From the IMG/VR virus record IMGVR_UViG_3300025875_000006, positions 25,614 through 89,613 of that record: a DNA stretch of 64,000 bases; one strand, 5' to 3'. A program made the position numbers and the translations under genes. Shown one piece after another: positions 28,263 to 36,854 of this stretch. The notes beneath the pieces were generated by a model. The model worked only from the letters and a program-made list of their open reading frames with translations, was not told the origin of the DNA and searched no databases. The first letter of the stretch is position 1, and each line of letters opens with the position of its first letter. This DNA is from a virus. Lineage: Duplodnaviria; Caudoviricetes.

Positions 28263-28711
28263 CCAACGAGGCGAAGACCAGCGTGGCGAAGACCGGCGGC
28301 CCGGCCGACATCCAGTCGGCCTGGGGCATCCTGGCCAAGGGGTCACCGGCTGCTGCGACCGCGCTGGTTGACATCGCGGAGAACGGGAAGTCGGAAGTGG
28401 CGCGCGTCCAGGCTGCGACTGCCGTCTTGGACCGGGTGGGTCTGGCGACTCCCAAGGAGCGTCCGCAGGTGACGTTCAATGTGATTCCCAAGGAGGTGGC
28501 CGAGGCGGGCATCGACCAGATCGTCAGCCCGGCCGAGATCATCCGGAACCGCCTGAAGGAGCTGAAGGCCCCCACGCAGGCCGTGGCCGGGCCGCCGCTG
28601 CCCGACGAGGAGTGGGCGGCCCAGCAGAGCGACGACGGGCAGGTCTACGACGCCGAGCTGGTGATGGAGGGCGACGGCGACTGGCAGACCGGTGGCGAGG
28701 GATGGGGATGA
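28259..28711 (+). CDS. helical-hairpin protein, possibly TerS-like
   Basis: AAATALVDIAENGKSEVARVQAATAVLDRVG pattern with an acidic tail; function is inference. Confidence 0.45.
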   Translation: MTNEAKTSVAKTGGPADIQSAWGILAKGSPAAATALVDIAENGKSEVARVQAATAVLDRVGLATPKERPQVTFNVIPKEVAEAGIDQIVSPAEIIRNRLKELKAPTQAVAGPPLPDEEWAAQQSDDGQVYDAELVMEGDGDWQTGGEGWG

Positions 28712-28869
28712 TGGCCGCCTTCAGCGTCGGATGCTGGGTCGGAGGCCTGATCGGCATCGTCGTCGGCGCGACCGTAGTGTCAGGGTGGGTGCTCGCGCGC
28801 CGGTCCTACCGGCCCGAGCCCGTGTCAACCGGGTCTGCGGAGGAGGAGACGGCGTGCTCTGGTGGCTGA
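28708..28869 (+). CDS. small membrane protein
   Basis: One TM segment. Confidence 0.55.
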   Translation: MMAAFSVGCWVGGLIGIVVGATVVSGWVLARRSYRPEPVSTGSAEEETACSGG

Positions 28870-29003
28870 TCGGGGGCGGCTGGCTGCTGCTGGCCATCGT
28901 CGCGGCGCTGTGGATCGCAGCCGCGATGCGCTGGGCGGACACCGGCGGCAAGCAGGAGACGGTGGAGGCCGAGCACCGGCGGCTCCACCTCGTGCGTTCG
29001 TGA
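28854..29003 (+). CDS. small membrane protein
   Basis: One TM segment, Trp-rich; RBS GGAGGAG. Confidence 0.55.
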   Translation: MLWWLIGGGWLLLAIVAALWIAAAMRWADTGGKQETVEAEHRRLHLVRS

Positions 29004-29191
29004 CGACGCCGCGCAACCCGCCAGAGCCCGGCGAGCGGCCCTACAGCGAGCGCCCGCCCTGGGAGCTGTCCGCGATCCTCCTGGGCGGCCTGGGCGTGAT
29101 GACGTGGCTGCTGTTCGGCTGGGCCGACCACTGGACGGTCTTCATCCCGGCCCTGGTCTTCTTCGTCGGCTTCATCTGCCTGATCGGGTGA
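29000..29191 (+). CDS. small two-TM membrane protein
   Basis: Two hydrophobic segments; GTGA overlap. Confidence 0.6.
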   Translation: MTTPRNPPEPGERPYSERPPWELSAILLGGLGVMTWLLFGWADHWTVFIPALVFFVGFICLIG

Positions 29192-29544
29192 CCATCCAGC
29201 TCTCCGGCCTCTGGGGAGCGCTCACCGTCGTCCTGGCGGTCGTGCTGCTGGCCGTGACGTTCTGGTCGGGCTGGTACTGGCGCGGGACGGTGGAGATCGC
29301 CCGGCAGAGCCACCGGCAAACGAGCTTGGACCGTCAGGCCGACGTGCCAAGTCCAGAGCCCGTTCCGTTGGAGCGTCGGCCGGTTCCACACCCGCGTCCC
29401 CAGGCTGTGGAGGACCCGCCGACCGAGGTCATCGACCTGCCGATGCCCCAGCTGGACCTGCCGCCGGTGCCCAGCTCGGAGCCGGGACGGCACAGCTGGG
29501 AGGGGCGCTGGCCGGACCTGCCCCGGCCGGAGGGGTACCGGTAG
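29188..29544 (+). CDS. membrane-anchored Pro-rich protein
   Basis: N-terminal TM segment and Pro-rich tail. Confidence 0.6.
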   Translation: MTIQLSGLWGALTVVLAVVLLAVTFWSGWYWRGTVEIARQSHRQTSLDRQADVPSPEPVPLERRPVPHPRPQAVEDPPTEVIDLPMPQLDLPPVPSSEPGRHSWEGRWPDLPRPEGYR

Positions 29545-29590
29545 CCTGAGCGGGCCAAGTAGATGCGCCCGGTACGCGGCCGGACACACA

Positions 29591-29627
29591 GAAGGGCCCG
29601 CCTCCCTGTCGGGGAGACGGGCCCTTC
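29591..29627. terminator. hairpin between convergent operons
   Basis: GAAGGGCCCG...CGGGCCCTTC. Confidence 0.8.
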
Positions 29628-29659
29628 GTCATGCAGATCGGGTCGCTGTAGCGACGCTG

Positions 29660-29971
29660 TCAGTCGTCCTCGGCGTCCGGGATGGGCTGCGCCTGCGGGC
29701 CCGTGCCGGGCTCGGTCTGGGCGTCGCCGTCGTCGGTGCACAGCGGGGAGTCGTAGACGATGAACTCGTACTCGTCCTCCTCGCCGGACCGGCCGGGGGT
29801 CCAGTAGATCAGGATGTTGCCGTCGCAGAACTTCTGGAGGGCGTGGTCACCGCCGGTACCCTCCACGGCGACGGAGCCGGTGGTCTCCGGGTCGATCTGG
29901 CGCTTCGCGCAGCCGGTCGCGGTCACCGCGACGGTCAGGCCCAGCAGGACGGCGGCGGTCTTCTTCATCAT
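29660..29971 (-). CDS. lipoprotein
   Basis: MMKKTAAVLLGLTVAVTATG-C: signal peptide with lipobox-like Cys. Confidence 0.75.
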   Translation of the reverse strand: MMKKTAAVLLGLTVAVTATGCAKRQIDPETTGSVAVEGTGGDHALQKFCDGNILIYWTPGRSGEEDEYEFIVYDSPLCTDDGDAQTEPGTGPQAQPIPDAEDD

Positions 29972-30378
29972 CGGGTCTCCTCGGTGGGGGTCCAGGGCAG
30001 GGCGGTCTGCTGCATGACGTGCACGCGGTGCTCGGAGCCGTAGACCAGCCGGGCCTGAGCCTGCCCGTGCTTGCGCGCCAGGTCGGCGTCGGCGAACGGG
30101 CCGTGCGAGTGGTCCACCCGGAACCGGCGGCGCGGCGACCGGCAGTACGAGCAGAAGTCCTGCGTGCACTCCAGCTCGGCGCGGAACTGCTGCGTGCCCA
30201 GCGCGGCTGCGCGCTCCAGCACCAGCTGGTCGATCTCGTCCATCGCCTTGGCCTTGGCCGTGCGCGCGCCCCGGGACATCGGCCGGTCGCTGCCGTCGTC
30301 CTTGCCCTGCGACATCCGGACCACGTAGGTGGGCCGGAGCATCCGGGACAGGAAGCTGTCCCCGCTCATCTGCGTCAT
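29968..30378 (-). CDS. hypothetical protein
   Basis: MTQMSG leaderless start; FCSYC. Confidence 0.7.
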   Translation of the reverse strand: MTQMSGDSFLSRMLRPTYVVRMSQGKDDGSDRPMSRGARTAKAKAMDEIDQLVLERAAALGTQQFRAELECTQDFCSYCRSPRRRFRVDHSHGPFADADLARKHGQAQARLVYGSEHRVHVMQQTALPWTPTEETR

Positions 30379-30384
30379 GGGGCA

Positions 30385-30414
30385 AGTATGCCGTACTGTG
30401 TCAACAGTGTCAAC
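30385..30414 (-). promoter_or_regulatory. leaderless promoter with two perfect GTTGACA copies
   Basis: TTGACA-ctGTTGACAcagtacgg(17)-CATACT-N6-ATG. Confidence 0.88.
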
Positions 30415-30427
30415 GCAACGCGCTGGG

Positions 30428-30970
30428 TCAGCGCCAGGTGCCGAAGCCGCCGAAGAAGCGCTGGAGGAGCGCGATCAGGTTGGCGAAGGCCTGGTCGAAG
30501 GCGTCCACCGTGACGACGGGCGCGGCCGGGGCAGCGGCGGTCGGGCGGTTGACACTGGTCGGCGCGGCGGCCGTGGGCACCGGGCGCGGGGCGGGAGCGG
30601 TCGCCACCGGGGCGGGAGCCGGGGCCGGGGCCTCGGTCACGTTCTCCGGGGCCGGGGCGGGCTGGTCGTCACCGGGCACCGGCGCGTGGTCGTAGCACTC
30701 GATGTCCTGCCGGAAGCAGGTGTCGTTCTCCGGCAGCTCGGTGACCGGTGTCGGGACGTAGGGCTCCACGTCCCAGATGACCTCGCCGGTCTCCGGGTCG
30801 GTGTGGAAGCAGTCGATGGCGACGAAGCCGCCGGGGACCGACGGGTCATCGAACCCGCAGATGCCGCCGGGGCCAGCCGGGGCGGCCAGCGCACTGGGCG
30901 CGAGGGCGACCGGGCCGAGCACGGCGGTGGCGGCGAGGAGGGCGGTGGCGGCGAGCTTCTTGATGTCCAT
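30428..30970 (-). CDS. secreted protein with Pro/Ala-rich stalk
   Basis: MDIKKLAATALLAATAVLGPVALAPSALA signal peptide; GTTGACA-N8-GATACT-N6-ATG upstream. Confidence 0.75.
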   Translation of the reverse strand: MDIKKLAATALLAATAVLGPVALAPSALAAPAGPGGICGFDDPSVPGGFVAIDCFHTDPETGEVIWDVEPYVPTPVTELPENDTCFRQDIECYDHAPVPGDDQPAPAPENVTEAPAPAPAPVATAPAPRPVPTAAAPTSVNRPTAAAPAAPVVTVDAFDQAFANLIALLQRFFGGFGTWR

Positions 30971-31060
30971 GCCCTGAGTATCGGCGGTCTTGTCAACAAC
31001 CTTGACCCCGACGCGCCAGATTCTTTCTCGGGCCACCCGGAAGGGTGGCCCGGGCCCCGC

Positions 31061-31429
31061 TCAGCAGTCGGGGGAGAGCAGGGCGTGGCCGTCCTGCACG
31101 CCGGTCCAGCCCGCGTTGACCAGCACGATGTAGGCCGGGTCTGTGAGGTCCGCGATCTGGATGATCAGGCAGGTCTCGTGCTCGCCGGGCGCGGGGTCGG
31201 AGTCCATCGCCGGGGCCTCGGGGGTCTGGGTCATGCCGTAGCCGTGGCTGACCTCGGGGGTCTGGCCGACGGGGGCGTCCATGTCCACCGAGGTGCCGGT
31301 GTGCGAGAGCTGGCCGACGGTGTTGCTCACGCCCTGGGTCCCGCCCGGGGCCATGAAGCCCACCAGGAAGGCCAGTGCGAGGAGGGCGCGGAGGGCGGCG
31401 GTGGCTGCGATCTTGCGTGTCTGCGTCAT
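31061..31429 (-). CDS. secreted or membrane-anchored protein
   Basis: MTQTRKIAATAALRALLALAFLVGFMA; TTCACA-ctGTTGAGA-N8-GATACT-N6-ATG upstream. Confidence 0.7.
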   Translation of the reverse strand: MTQTRKIAATAALRALLALAFLVGFMAPGGTQGVSNTVGQLSHTGTSVDMDAPVGQTPEVSHGYGMTQTPEAPAMDSDPAPGEHETCLIIQIADLTDPAYIVLVNAGWTGVQDGHALLSPDC

Positions 31430-31548
31430 GCCTGAAGTATCGGCTGCCGTCTCAACAGTGTGAACTAGAAACGCCGATGTTCTTGAAACTCGCTGCCGAC
31501 CTGCGTCATCGCGTGAGCTGGCAGACACCCTGTGCGACCCTGGGGGCC

Positions 31549-32124
31549 ATGACGGTGCTGCGCCATCAGGTGCCCACGCCCGGGACGACGGTCACGGCCC
31601 GTCCCTACTCCGGCAACAAGTACGCGCCCTCCAGCGGAGGCCAGCCAGTCACGGCCGTGTCCGATGCCCAGGGCGTCGCCACGCTCACGCTCCCGGATCC
31701 GAGCTCGGCCAAGGCGTACTGGGCGCTGAGCCGCCCGGGTGCCGCACCGGTGGTCGTGGCCATCAAGCGCGGCGCGAGCTCGGTGAGCAGCGCCGCCGCC
31801 CAGCTGGGCATGCTGGACGCCGGGTCCGATCTCGTGTCAACCAGGCCGGTCTACGACTCCACGCCGGACACCGACGACGAGCGCGAGCTGATGGTGCCGT
31901 CCCGGCTCAGCTCGGCGGCACTGAAGGCGGCCTTGGGGTCAGCTGACCCGGTGCTCTCGGCGTTCGTCTACGACGGCTTGGGCAACCTCACCTCCTACAA
32001 GGAGGATGGGGTCACGATCACCCTGACCTACAACGCTGATGGCACGGTGGCGACCTCTCAGCGCGGCACTGGTCCGGTCCGTGCGTTCAGCTACAGCGGC
32101 GGCAACCTCGCGGGCGTGGCCTGA
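31549..32124 (+). CDS. putative virion fibre/spike adaptor with YD-repeat-like C-terminus
   Basis: Beta-rich N-terminus; FVYDGLGNLTSY...TYNADGTV...FSYSGGNL; coupled to the spike gene. Confidence 0.55.
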   Translation: MTVLRHQVPTPGTTVTARPYSGNKYAPSSGGQPVTAVSDAQGVATLTLPDPSSAKAYWALSRPGAAPVVVAIKRGASSVSSAAAQLGMLDAGSDLVSTRPVYDSTPDTDDERELMVPSRLSSAALKAALGSADPVLSAFVYDGLGNLTSYKEDGVTITLTYNADGTVATSQRGTGPVRAFSYSGGNLAGVA

Positions 32125-34028
32125 TGGACGTCGTCAGCTTGGGCCTGGCCAAGTCCGACGCGCGCAAGAGGTACGCCCCGGGCGTCTCCCCCGACGCCTA
32201 CGGAGCCAAGGGCGACGGCACCACCAACGACACCGCCGCGATCCAGGCAGCCCTGGACTCCGGCGCCAAGCGCATCGTCTTTCGGCACGGCGGCACCTAC
32301 ATCATCTCCGCCGACCTGGCCGTCCACTCCGGGCAGACCATCGAGGCCTACGGCGCGACCATCCGACGCGCCCCGGGGACGAACACCGAACTGAACCTGC
32401 TGTCCATCGCGGGCTCGGTCAACACCTTCATCACCGACGTCACTGTCCGCGGCGGCACCTGGGACGGCAACCGTCCCAACGTCACCATCCCGCAGCTGGA
32501 GAACTACCCGACCAACAACGGCATCCGCGTGTTCTGGGCCCGCAACGTCCTCATCGAGGACGCGACCATACAGAACTGCTGGGGCGGCGGCATCCTCGCC
32601 GGGGACGGCATCGTTCTCGGCATCCGGATCGACAACTGCACCGCCCGGTACAACTACGACAACGGGCTGTGGTTCCGGCCCGGGGTCTGGGACGGGATGA
32701 TCAGCAACTCCCGCGCCCACGGCCAGACCTACCACGGCATCGACGCGATCCGCTGCGACTACATCACCTTCTCCAACTGCCACGCCTGGGACAACGGGCC
32801 CGCCAAGACCGGCGAGGGCGCCGGTTTCCGCATGGAAGGCTGCCGCTGGTCGCAGATGACCGACTGCACCGCCTGGTCCAACGGCGTCCTGGCCGGGTTC
32901 GCCCTCACCTACACCAACGAGGGCAAGTTCGGCTGGACCTGGACCGGCGCCTACTCCGACGCCACCAGCTACACCGCAGGCCAGACCGTGCAGTGGCCGC
33001 CACAGGCGAACCCCAACCACGCCAGCGAGCTCGGCGCCTACTACTGCATCGCCGCCCCACCCGGCCCCGGGTACGCGCCCAGCCGCAACTCTCCGTACTG
33101 GGTCCCCTGCTCCTACGACAACGCGCAGGGCGGCAACCGCAACAACTACGCGATCAAGCTGGTTGGCTGCCGCGCGAAGAACAACTACGGCTTGGGCACC
33201 TCCGGTAGTTGGCAGTCTGGCGCGAGCTACCAGCCCCAGGAGTCGGTCTGGTACCTCAACGGCACGAACTGGCAGTTCTACGTCTGCACCACCGCCGTCA
33301 CCAGCACGACCGCGCCCCCCTCGGACGCCGCGCACTGGCTCGGCCCGGCCACCCCATCCGGCTTCCTGATCAACGACAGCACCCACGTCGAACTGCTCGG
33401 CTGCCAGGCGGAGCACGGCTACAACGGGGTCTCCGTCGGTGGCACCAATGGCGGCTCGGCCGACATCAGGATCCGTAACAGCGACTTGCGGAACAACGCC
33501 TGGGACGGCGTCGCCTTCGGTGCGATGGTGTCGGGCACCAGCGCCGAGGTCTCCGGCTGCCACTTCGACGGCAACCGGAACAACGGCATAGAGACCCCGG
33601 GCGGCTACACCTTCGCCCTGGACGTGCACGACAACGTGTTCACCGGTGCGGTCCAGCAGGCCAGGGCGCTGTACGAGAACGGCACGACGACCACAGTGGC
33701 CTTCCGTCGCAACAGAGTGAACGGGCAGGCGACCGAGACGCTGCGGCTGCTGTCGGCCACGTCCTACATGGACGGCACGAACGACATGACGGGCACCGTA
33801 GACCACGCCTCCGGCGCGGGAAGCTTCGCCGGGGCGACCACGGCGACGGTCACCTTCGCAACAGCGTTCCGCGTCGCCCCCGTCGCGGCCGGCATCAGCA
33901 TCACGCCGACCGGTGCCCCGGCAGGTGACTACTACGTGTCGGCGGTCTCAGCGACCGGCTTCACCGTCACCTGCGCTGTGTCGGGCACCTGGGGCTTCTC
34001 CTGGACTGCCCGCAACGTCATGCCCTGA
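32124..34028 (+). CDS. pectate-lyase-like beta-helix tailspike/depolymerase
   Basis: YGAKGDGTTNDTAAIQAALD start, parallel beta-helix repeats, two CBM5/12-like inserts, small C-terminal beta domain. Confidence 0.85.
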   Translation: MDVVSLGLAKSDARKRYAPGVSPDAYGAKGDGTTNDTAAIQAALDSGAKRIVFRHGGTYIISADLAVHSGQTIEAYGATIRRAPGTNTELNLLSIAGSVNTFITDVTVRGGTWDGNRPNVTIPQLENYPTNNGIRVFWARNVLIEDATIQNCWGGGILAGDGIVLGIRIDNCTARYNYDNGLWFRPGVWDGMISNSRAHGQTYHGIDAIRCDYITFSNCHAWDNGPAKTGEGAGFRMEGCRWSQMTDCTAWSNGVLAGFALTYTNEGKFGWTWTGAYSDATSYTAGQTVQWPPQANPNHASELGAYYCIAAPPGPGYAPSRNSPYWVPCSYDNAQGGNRNNYAIKLVGCRAKNNYGLGTSGSWQSGASYQPQESVWYLNGTNWQFYVCTTAVTSTTAPPSDAAHWLGPATPSGFLINDSTHVELLGCQAEHGYNGVSVGGTNGGSADIRIRNSDLRNNAWDGVAFGAMVSGTSAEVSGCHFDGNRNNGIETPGGYTFALDVHDNVFTGAVQQARALYENGTTTTVAFRRNRVNGQATETLRLLSATSYMDGTNDMTGTVDHASGAGSFAGATTATVTFATAFRVAPVAAGISITPTGAPAGDYYVSAVSATGFTVTCAVSGTWGFSWTARNVMP

Positions 34029-34032
34029 CGCT

Positions 34033-34130
34033 GGCACAGAGGGGGCGCTGCGCCACTTCCAGTCCAACGCCGATCGCTTGACGCTTCACCCCGCCCGGTC
34101 AAGTGATCTTGACGGCACAGAGGGGGCGCT
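34033..34130 (+). repeat. 17-bp direct repeat pair
   Basis: GGCACAGAGGGGGCGCT at 34033-34049 and 34114-34130. Confidence 0.85.
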
Positions 34131-34145
34131 TCGTCCCGGCACGCA

Positions 34146-34187
34146 GAAGGGCCCCAGACAGCGGGGGAGTGCTGCCTGGGGCCCTTC
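34146..34187. terminator. hairpin between convergent genes
   Basis: GAAGGGCCCCAG...CTGGGGCCCTTC. Confidence 0.75.
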
Positions 34188-34206
34188 CAGCGTGGGACCG
34201 TTCTGC

Positions 34207-34566
34207 TCAGCCGTCCAGGGCAGCGCGCCGTCGCTCCACGTAGTCCAGCGGGTCGCCGCCGACACGCTCGGCGATCTCCAGCCCGTAGGACAGGTGCCGG
34301 GTCACCGGCTGCCCGCAGCCGGGCACCACGCAGTCCGACGTCGTCCGGTAGGCGGCGGCCAGGATCCCCTTGCTGCGGTCCACCTCCTCGCGCTGGAGCG
34401 CGTGGTCACAGATGAGCTCGGCCATCGCGTCCGCGCAGCGCTGCTCGCGCGCCCGGTGGACCCTGTCAACCGTCACGCCGGTTGTGACGTCCCGGCAGCG
34501 CACCAGCGGGGCGGCGTGGCAGACCGGGCAGCGGGTCTGCGGGGCGACGATCTTGACCTCAGCCAT
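34207..34566 (-). CDS. zinc-finger hypothetical protein
   Basis: CPVCHA...C...HRAR; RBS GAGAGGA. Confidence 0.7.
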   Translation of the reverse strand: MAEVKIVAPQTRCPVCHAAPLVRCRDVTTGVTVDRVHRAREQRCADAMAELICDHALQREEVDRSKGILAAAYRTTSDCVVPGCGQPVTRHLSYGLEIAERVGGDPLDYVERRRAALDG

Positions 34567-34590
34567 TGGTGGTTCCTCTCGGGAAGGGGT

Positions 34591-34626
34591 GAAGGCCCTC
34601 CCCCGGGGAAGCGGGAGAGGGCCTTC
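34591..34626. terminator. hairpin
   Basis: GAAGGCCCTC...GAGGGCCTTC followed by GTGTCAACC. Confidence 0.7.
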
Positions 34627-34763
34627 GTGTCAACCGTGCCAGGGAGTCGGTCAGGAGTGCCCGGCGGTGACGGCCGGGCAGCCGGGCCGCAGGCACCGGT
34701 AGGTGTGCGGGACGTCGGTCCCCCACCACTGGTGGAGGCCCATCTGGCAGAGCAGGCGGCCGA

Positions 34764-35399
34764 TCACCGCTGCGAGCTGGTGATCAGCTGTGCGCCCATC
34801 TTGCGCAGGTCGTCCAGCGACCTGCCGACCGTGGTAGGGCTGACCCCGGCGCAGAGGTCGGTGATCACCCGCACCTCGCGCAGCGCCGGGAGCCGCAGAG
34901 CGTCCAGCGTGGACTGGTAGACGCAGTAGTCCGTCGCCAGGCCCACGACGTCCAGGGCGTCGATGTTCCGGCGCTCCAGCTCACCGGCCAGACCGTGGTC
35001 CAGGCCCGCGTCCAGGGAGCCGTAGGACGGACGGCCCTGGAAGGCGGAGTAGTCCGGCTGGCCGTTGCCCTTCAGCACCTCGGTGAACCGGCCCAGGCGC
35101 TCCCGGAGCTTCGGCAGCAACTCGGGGTGGAACTCCGCGCCCCGGGTGCCCTGGACGCAGTGCACGGGCCAGGTGGCCAGGAAGTCCGGGTCGAAGCCCG
35201 GCGCGGCGAAGTGGCCGCCGTTGAGGTCGGGCATCGGCCGGTGCCAGTCCCGGCTGGCGAAGACCATCGGGTAGAAGCCGGTGGTCATCTCCAGCAGCTC
35301 GGCCGTGCGGGCGGCGACCTCGTTGCCACCCTCCACGGCGAGCGCGCCGCCCTCGGTGAAGTCCTGCTGCACGTCCACGATCAAGAGACCACGTGTCAT
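34764..35399 (-). CDS. pncA: nicotinamidase (isochorismatase/cysteine hydrolase family)
   Basis: LLIVDVQQDF, SRDWH, WPVHCVQGTRGA, LKG..YSAF, GLATDYCV catalytic Cys motif. Confidence 0.9.
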   Translation of the reverse strand: MTRGLLIVDVQQDFTEGGALAVEGGNEVAARTAELLEMTTGFYPMVFASRDWHRPMPDLNGGHFAAPGFDPDFLATWPVHCVQGTRGAEFHPELLPKLRERLGRFTEVLKGNGQPDYSAFQGRPSYGSLDAGLDHGLAGELERRNIDALDVVGLATDYCVYQSTLDALRLPALREVRVITDLCAGVSPTTVGRSLDDLRKMGAQLITSSQR

Positions 35400-35401
35400 G
35401 G

Positions 35402-35863
35402 TCACCATCCCCTCTCGGTTCGGGCAGTTGCTGCTGCCTCGGCTGCTGCGTCCGGGGTGTCGAACACCCCGAGGTGCTGGGAGCCCATGAAGGCCCGCCA
35501 GCGTTTGCCGCTGGGCATCACGCCCGGCGGCAGGTCGTGCTTGCGGGGCCTGCGCCCCACGTTGCGGTTGTTCTGCTGCTGCGTGCCGCCGCGCAGGTTC
35601 GCGCGGCGGTTGTCCAGCCGGTCTCGGTTGACGTGGTCGGTGTGGACCTTGTCGCCGTGCTGGAGGCCCAAGATCAGGCGGTGCATCAGCACGGCACGAC
35701 CGCCGACGTAGCTGTGCGCGTAGCCAGCGGAGTGCAGGCGCCAGGTCTGAGTGCTCACCAGTGCGGCGTCTTCGTCGTCCACCAGGGCGTGCTGACCGGT
35801 GGGCTCGTCCTGCCCCCACCGGCCGTTGCCGACGTGCCGGTACAGCGGAATCTGCGTCGTCAC
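35402..35863 (-). CDS. HNH-AP2 endonuclease
   Basis: MHRLIL...DHVNRDRLDNRRANLR plus AP2-like KRWRAF...HLGVFDT. Confidence 0.88.
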   Translation of the reverse strand: MTTQIPLYRHVGNGRWGQDEPTGQHALVDDEDAALVSTQTWRLHSAGYAHSYVGGRAVLMHRLILGLQHGDKVHTDHVNRDRLDNRRANLRGGTQQQNNRNVGRRPRKHDLPPGVMPSGKRWRAFMGSQHLGVFDTPDAAAEAAATARTERGW

Positions 35864-35879
35864 AGAAACTACTGTAGGG

Positions 35880-36059
35880 CTACTTCGTCACCTCGGACAG
35901 GACGGGCCAGCCGTGCTGGTCGCGGACCACGAACGCGCGCCGGTCTGCCCAGTCCAGGCAGGCGTCGGCCGAGCCCGTGAACGTCGTCCACTCGTCGGAC
36001 ATCCGGTCCTTGCCCCGGACCGTGAAGGTCTGCTCGATGGTGCTGGTGCTCTGCGTCAT
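35880..36059 (-). CDS. small hypothetical protein, leaderless
   Basis: My translation: MTQSTSTIEQ..., 59 aa; TTGCGT-17-TATGCT-N6-ATG upstream. Confidence 0.65.
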   Translation of the reverse strand: MTQSTSTIEQTFTVRGKDRMSDEWTTFTGSADACLDWADRRAFVVRDQHGWPVLSEVTK

Positions 36060-36065
36060 GGGACG

Positions 36066-36115
36066 AGCATAGTTGAGACTGTTGAGATACGCAAGACATA
36101 CTTCGGTGTGTCAAC
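36066..36115. promoter_or_regulatory. divergent overlapping promoters with GTTGAGA tandem and TGTCAAC
   Basis: Forward TTGAGA-ctGTTGAGA...-CATACT followed by TGTCAAC; reverse TTGCGT-17-TATGCT. Confidence 0.7.
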
Positions 36116-36394
36116 ATGGATGGCATGAGCATGAAGCAGGGGGACGCCGCCATCGCCGCCGACTGGGCCGCGAAGGGCTGGCTGAACTACGTCCTGAACG
36201 TCACCCGCGAGCTGCCCGCCACCCACCCGGTGGACGACCGGATGCAGCAGGCCCTGGCCGGGGAGGAGCTGCCGCAGTGGCTGGAGGACGCCGTCCGCGT
36301 CCGGCTGGTCGCGCTGCGCGGCGAAGCGCTGGTCGCCCAGGTGCACGCCCGAGCGGGCTGGCAGCCGGGTACCGATCTGGTTGACACGCACTGA
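36116..36394 (+). CDS. hypothetical protein
   Basis: Compact ORF after the promoter. Confidence 0.65.
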   Translation: MDGMSMKQGDAAIAADWAAKGWLNYVLNVTRELPATHPVDDRMQQALAGEELPQWLEDAVRVRLVALRGEALVAQVHARAGWQPGTDLVDTH

Positions 36395-36407
36395 CAGACT
36401 CGCGCCC

Positions 36408-36854
36408 ATGACCAGCATCCCCGAGCCGAGCGCACCACCGCCCGCGTTCCAGCCGCCTGCGCCGGAGCTGCCACCCTTCGAGGACGTCCCGCCGCACCTG
36501 GCCAACCAGCCGATGCAGGCCGCCATCCCGCGCCCCATCGAGGCCGCCGCCGTGCACTTCCGGTCCCACGACCGGTGCCTGGCCGCGATGGTGGTGGGCG
36601 TCAACGCCGAGGACCCGATGTCCCCGGTGTTCACGCTGGACCTGGTGGTCTTCGTCCCTGCGAAGGCCACTCGCAAGGCCGACCGGTTCACCGACCTCAA
36701 CCGGCTGCCGGGCATCGTCCGCTGGGCGAACAACGTCAGCCACGCGCTGCCGGACCCGCACGACCCCGAGCGCGTCTGGCCGTCCACGACCTGGCACTAC
36801 GCCGGGCGCGACTGCCTGCCGGAGGTGGTCCTGCGTGGAGCAGAGCAGGGCTGA
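36408..36854 (+). CDS. hypothetical protein, leaderless
   Basis: GTTGACA-N8-CAGACT-N6-ATG upstream. Confidence 0.7.
   Translation: MTSIPEPSAPPPAFQPPAPELPPFEDVPPHLANQPMQAAIPRPIEAAAVHFRSHDRCLAAMVVGVNAEDPMSPVFTLDLVVFVPAKATRKADRFTDLNRLPGIVRWANNVSHALPDPHDPERVWPSTTWHYAGRDCLPEVVLRGAEQG

Noticed and set aside
30540-30670. GGGGCGGGAGC-like short repeats
   Set aside because: Explained by the Pro/Ala-rich linker (APAPAP) of the secreted protein.
32124-34210. Diversity-generating retroelement or invertible tail-fibre system
   Set aside because: No reverse transcriptase, TR/VR pair, invertase or flanking inverted crossover sites visible.
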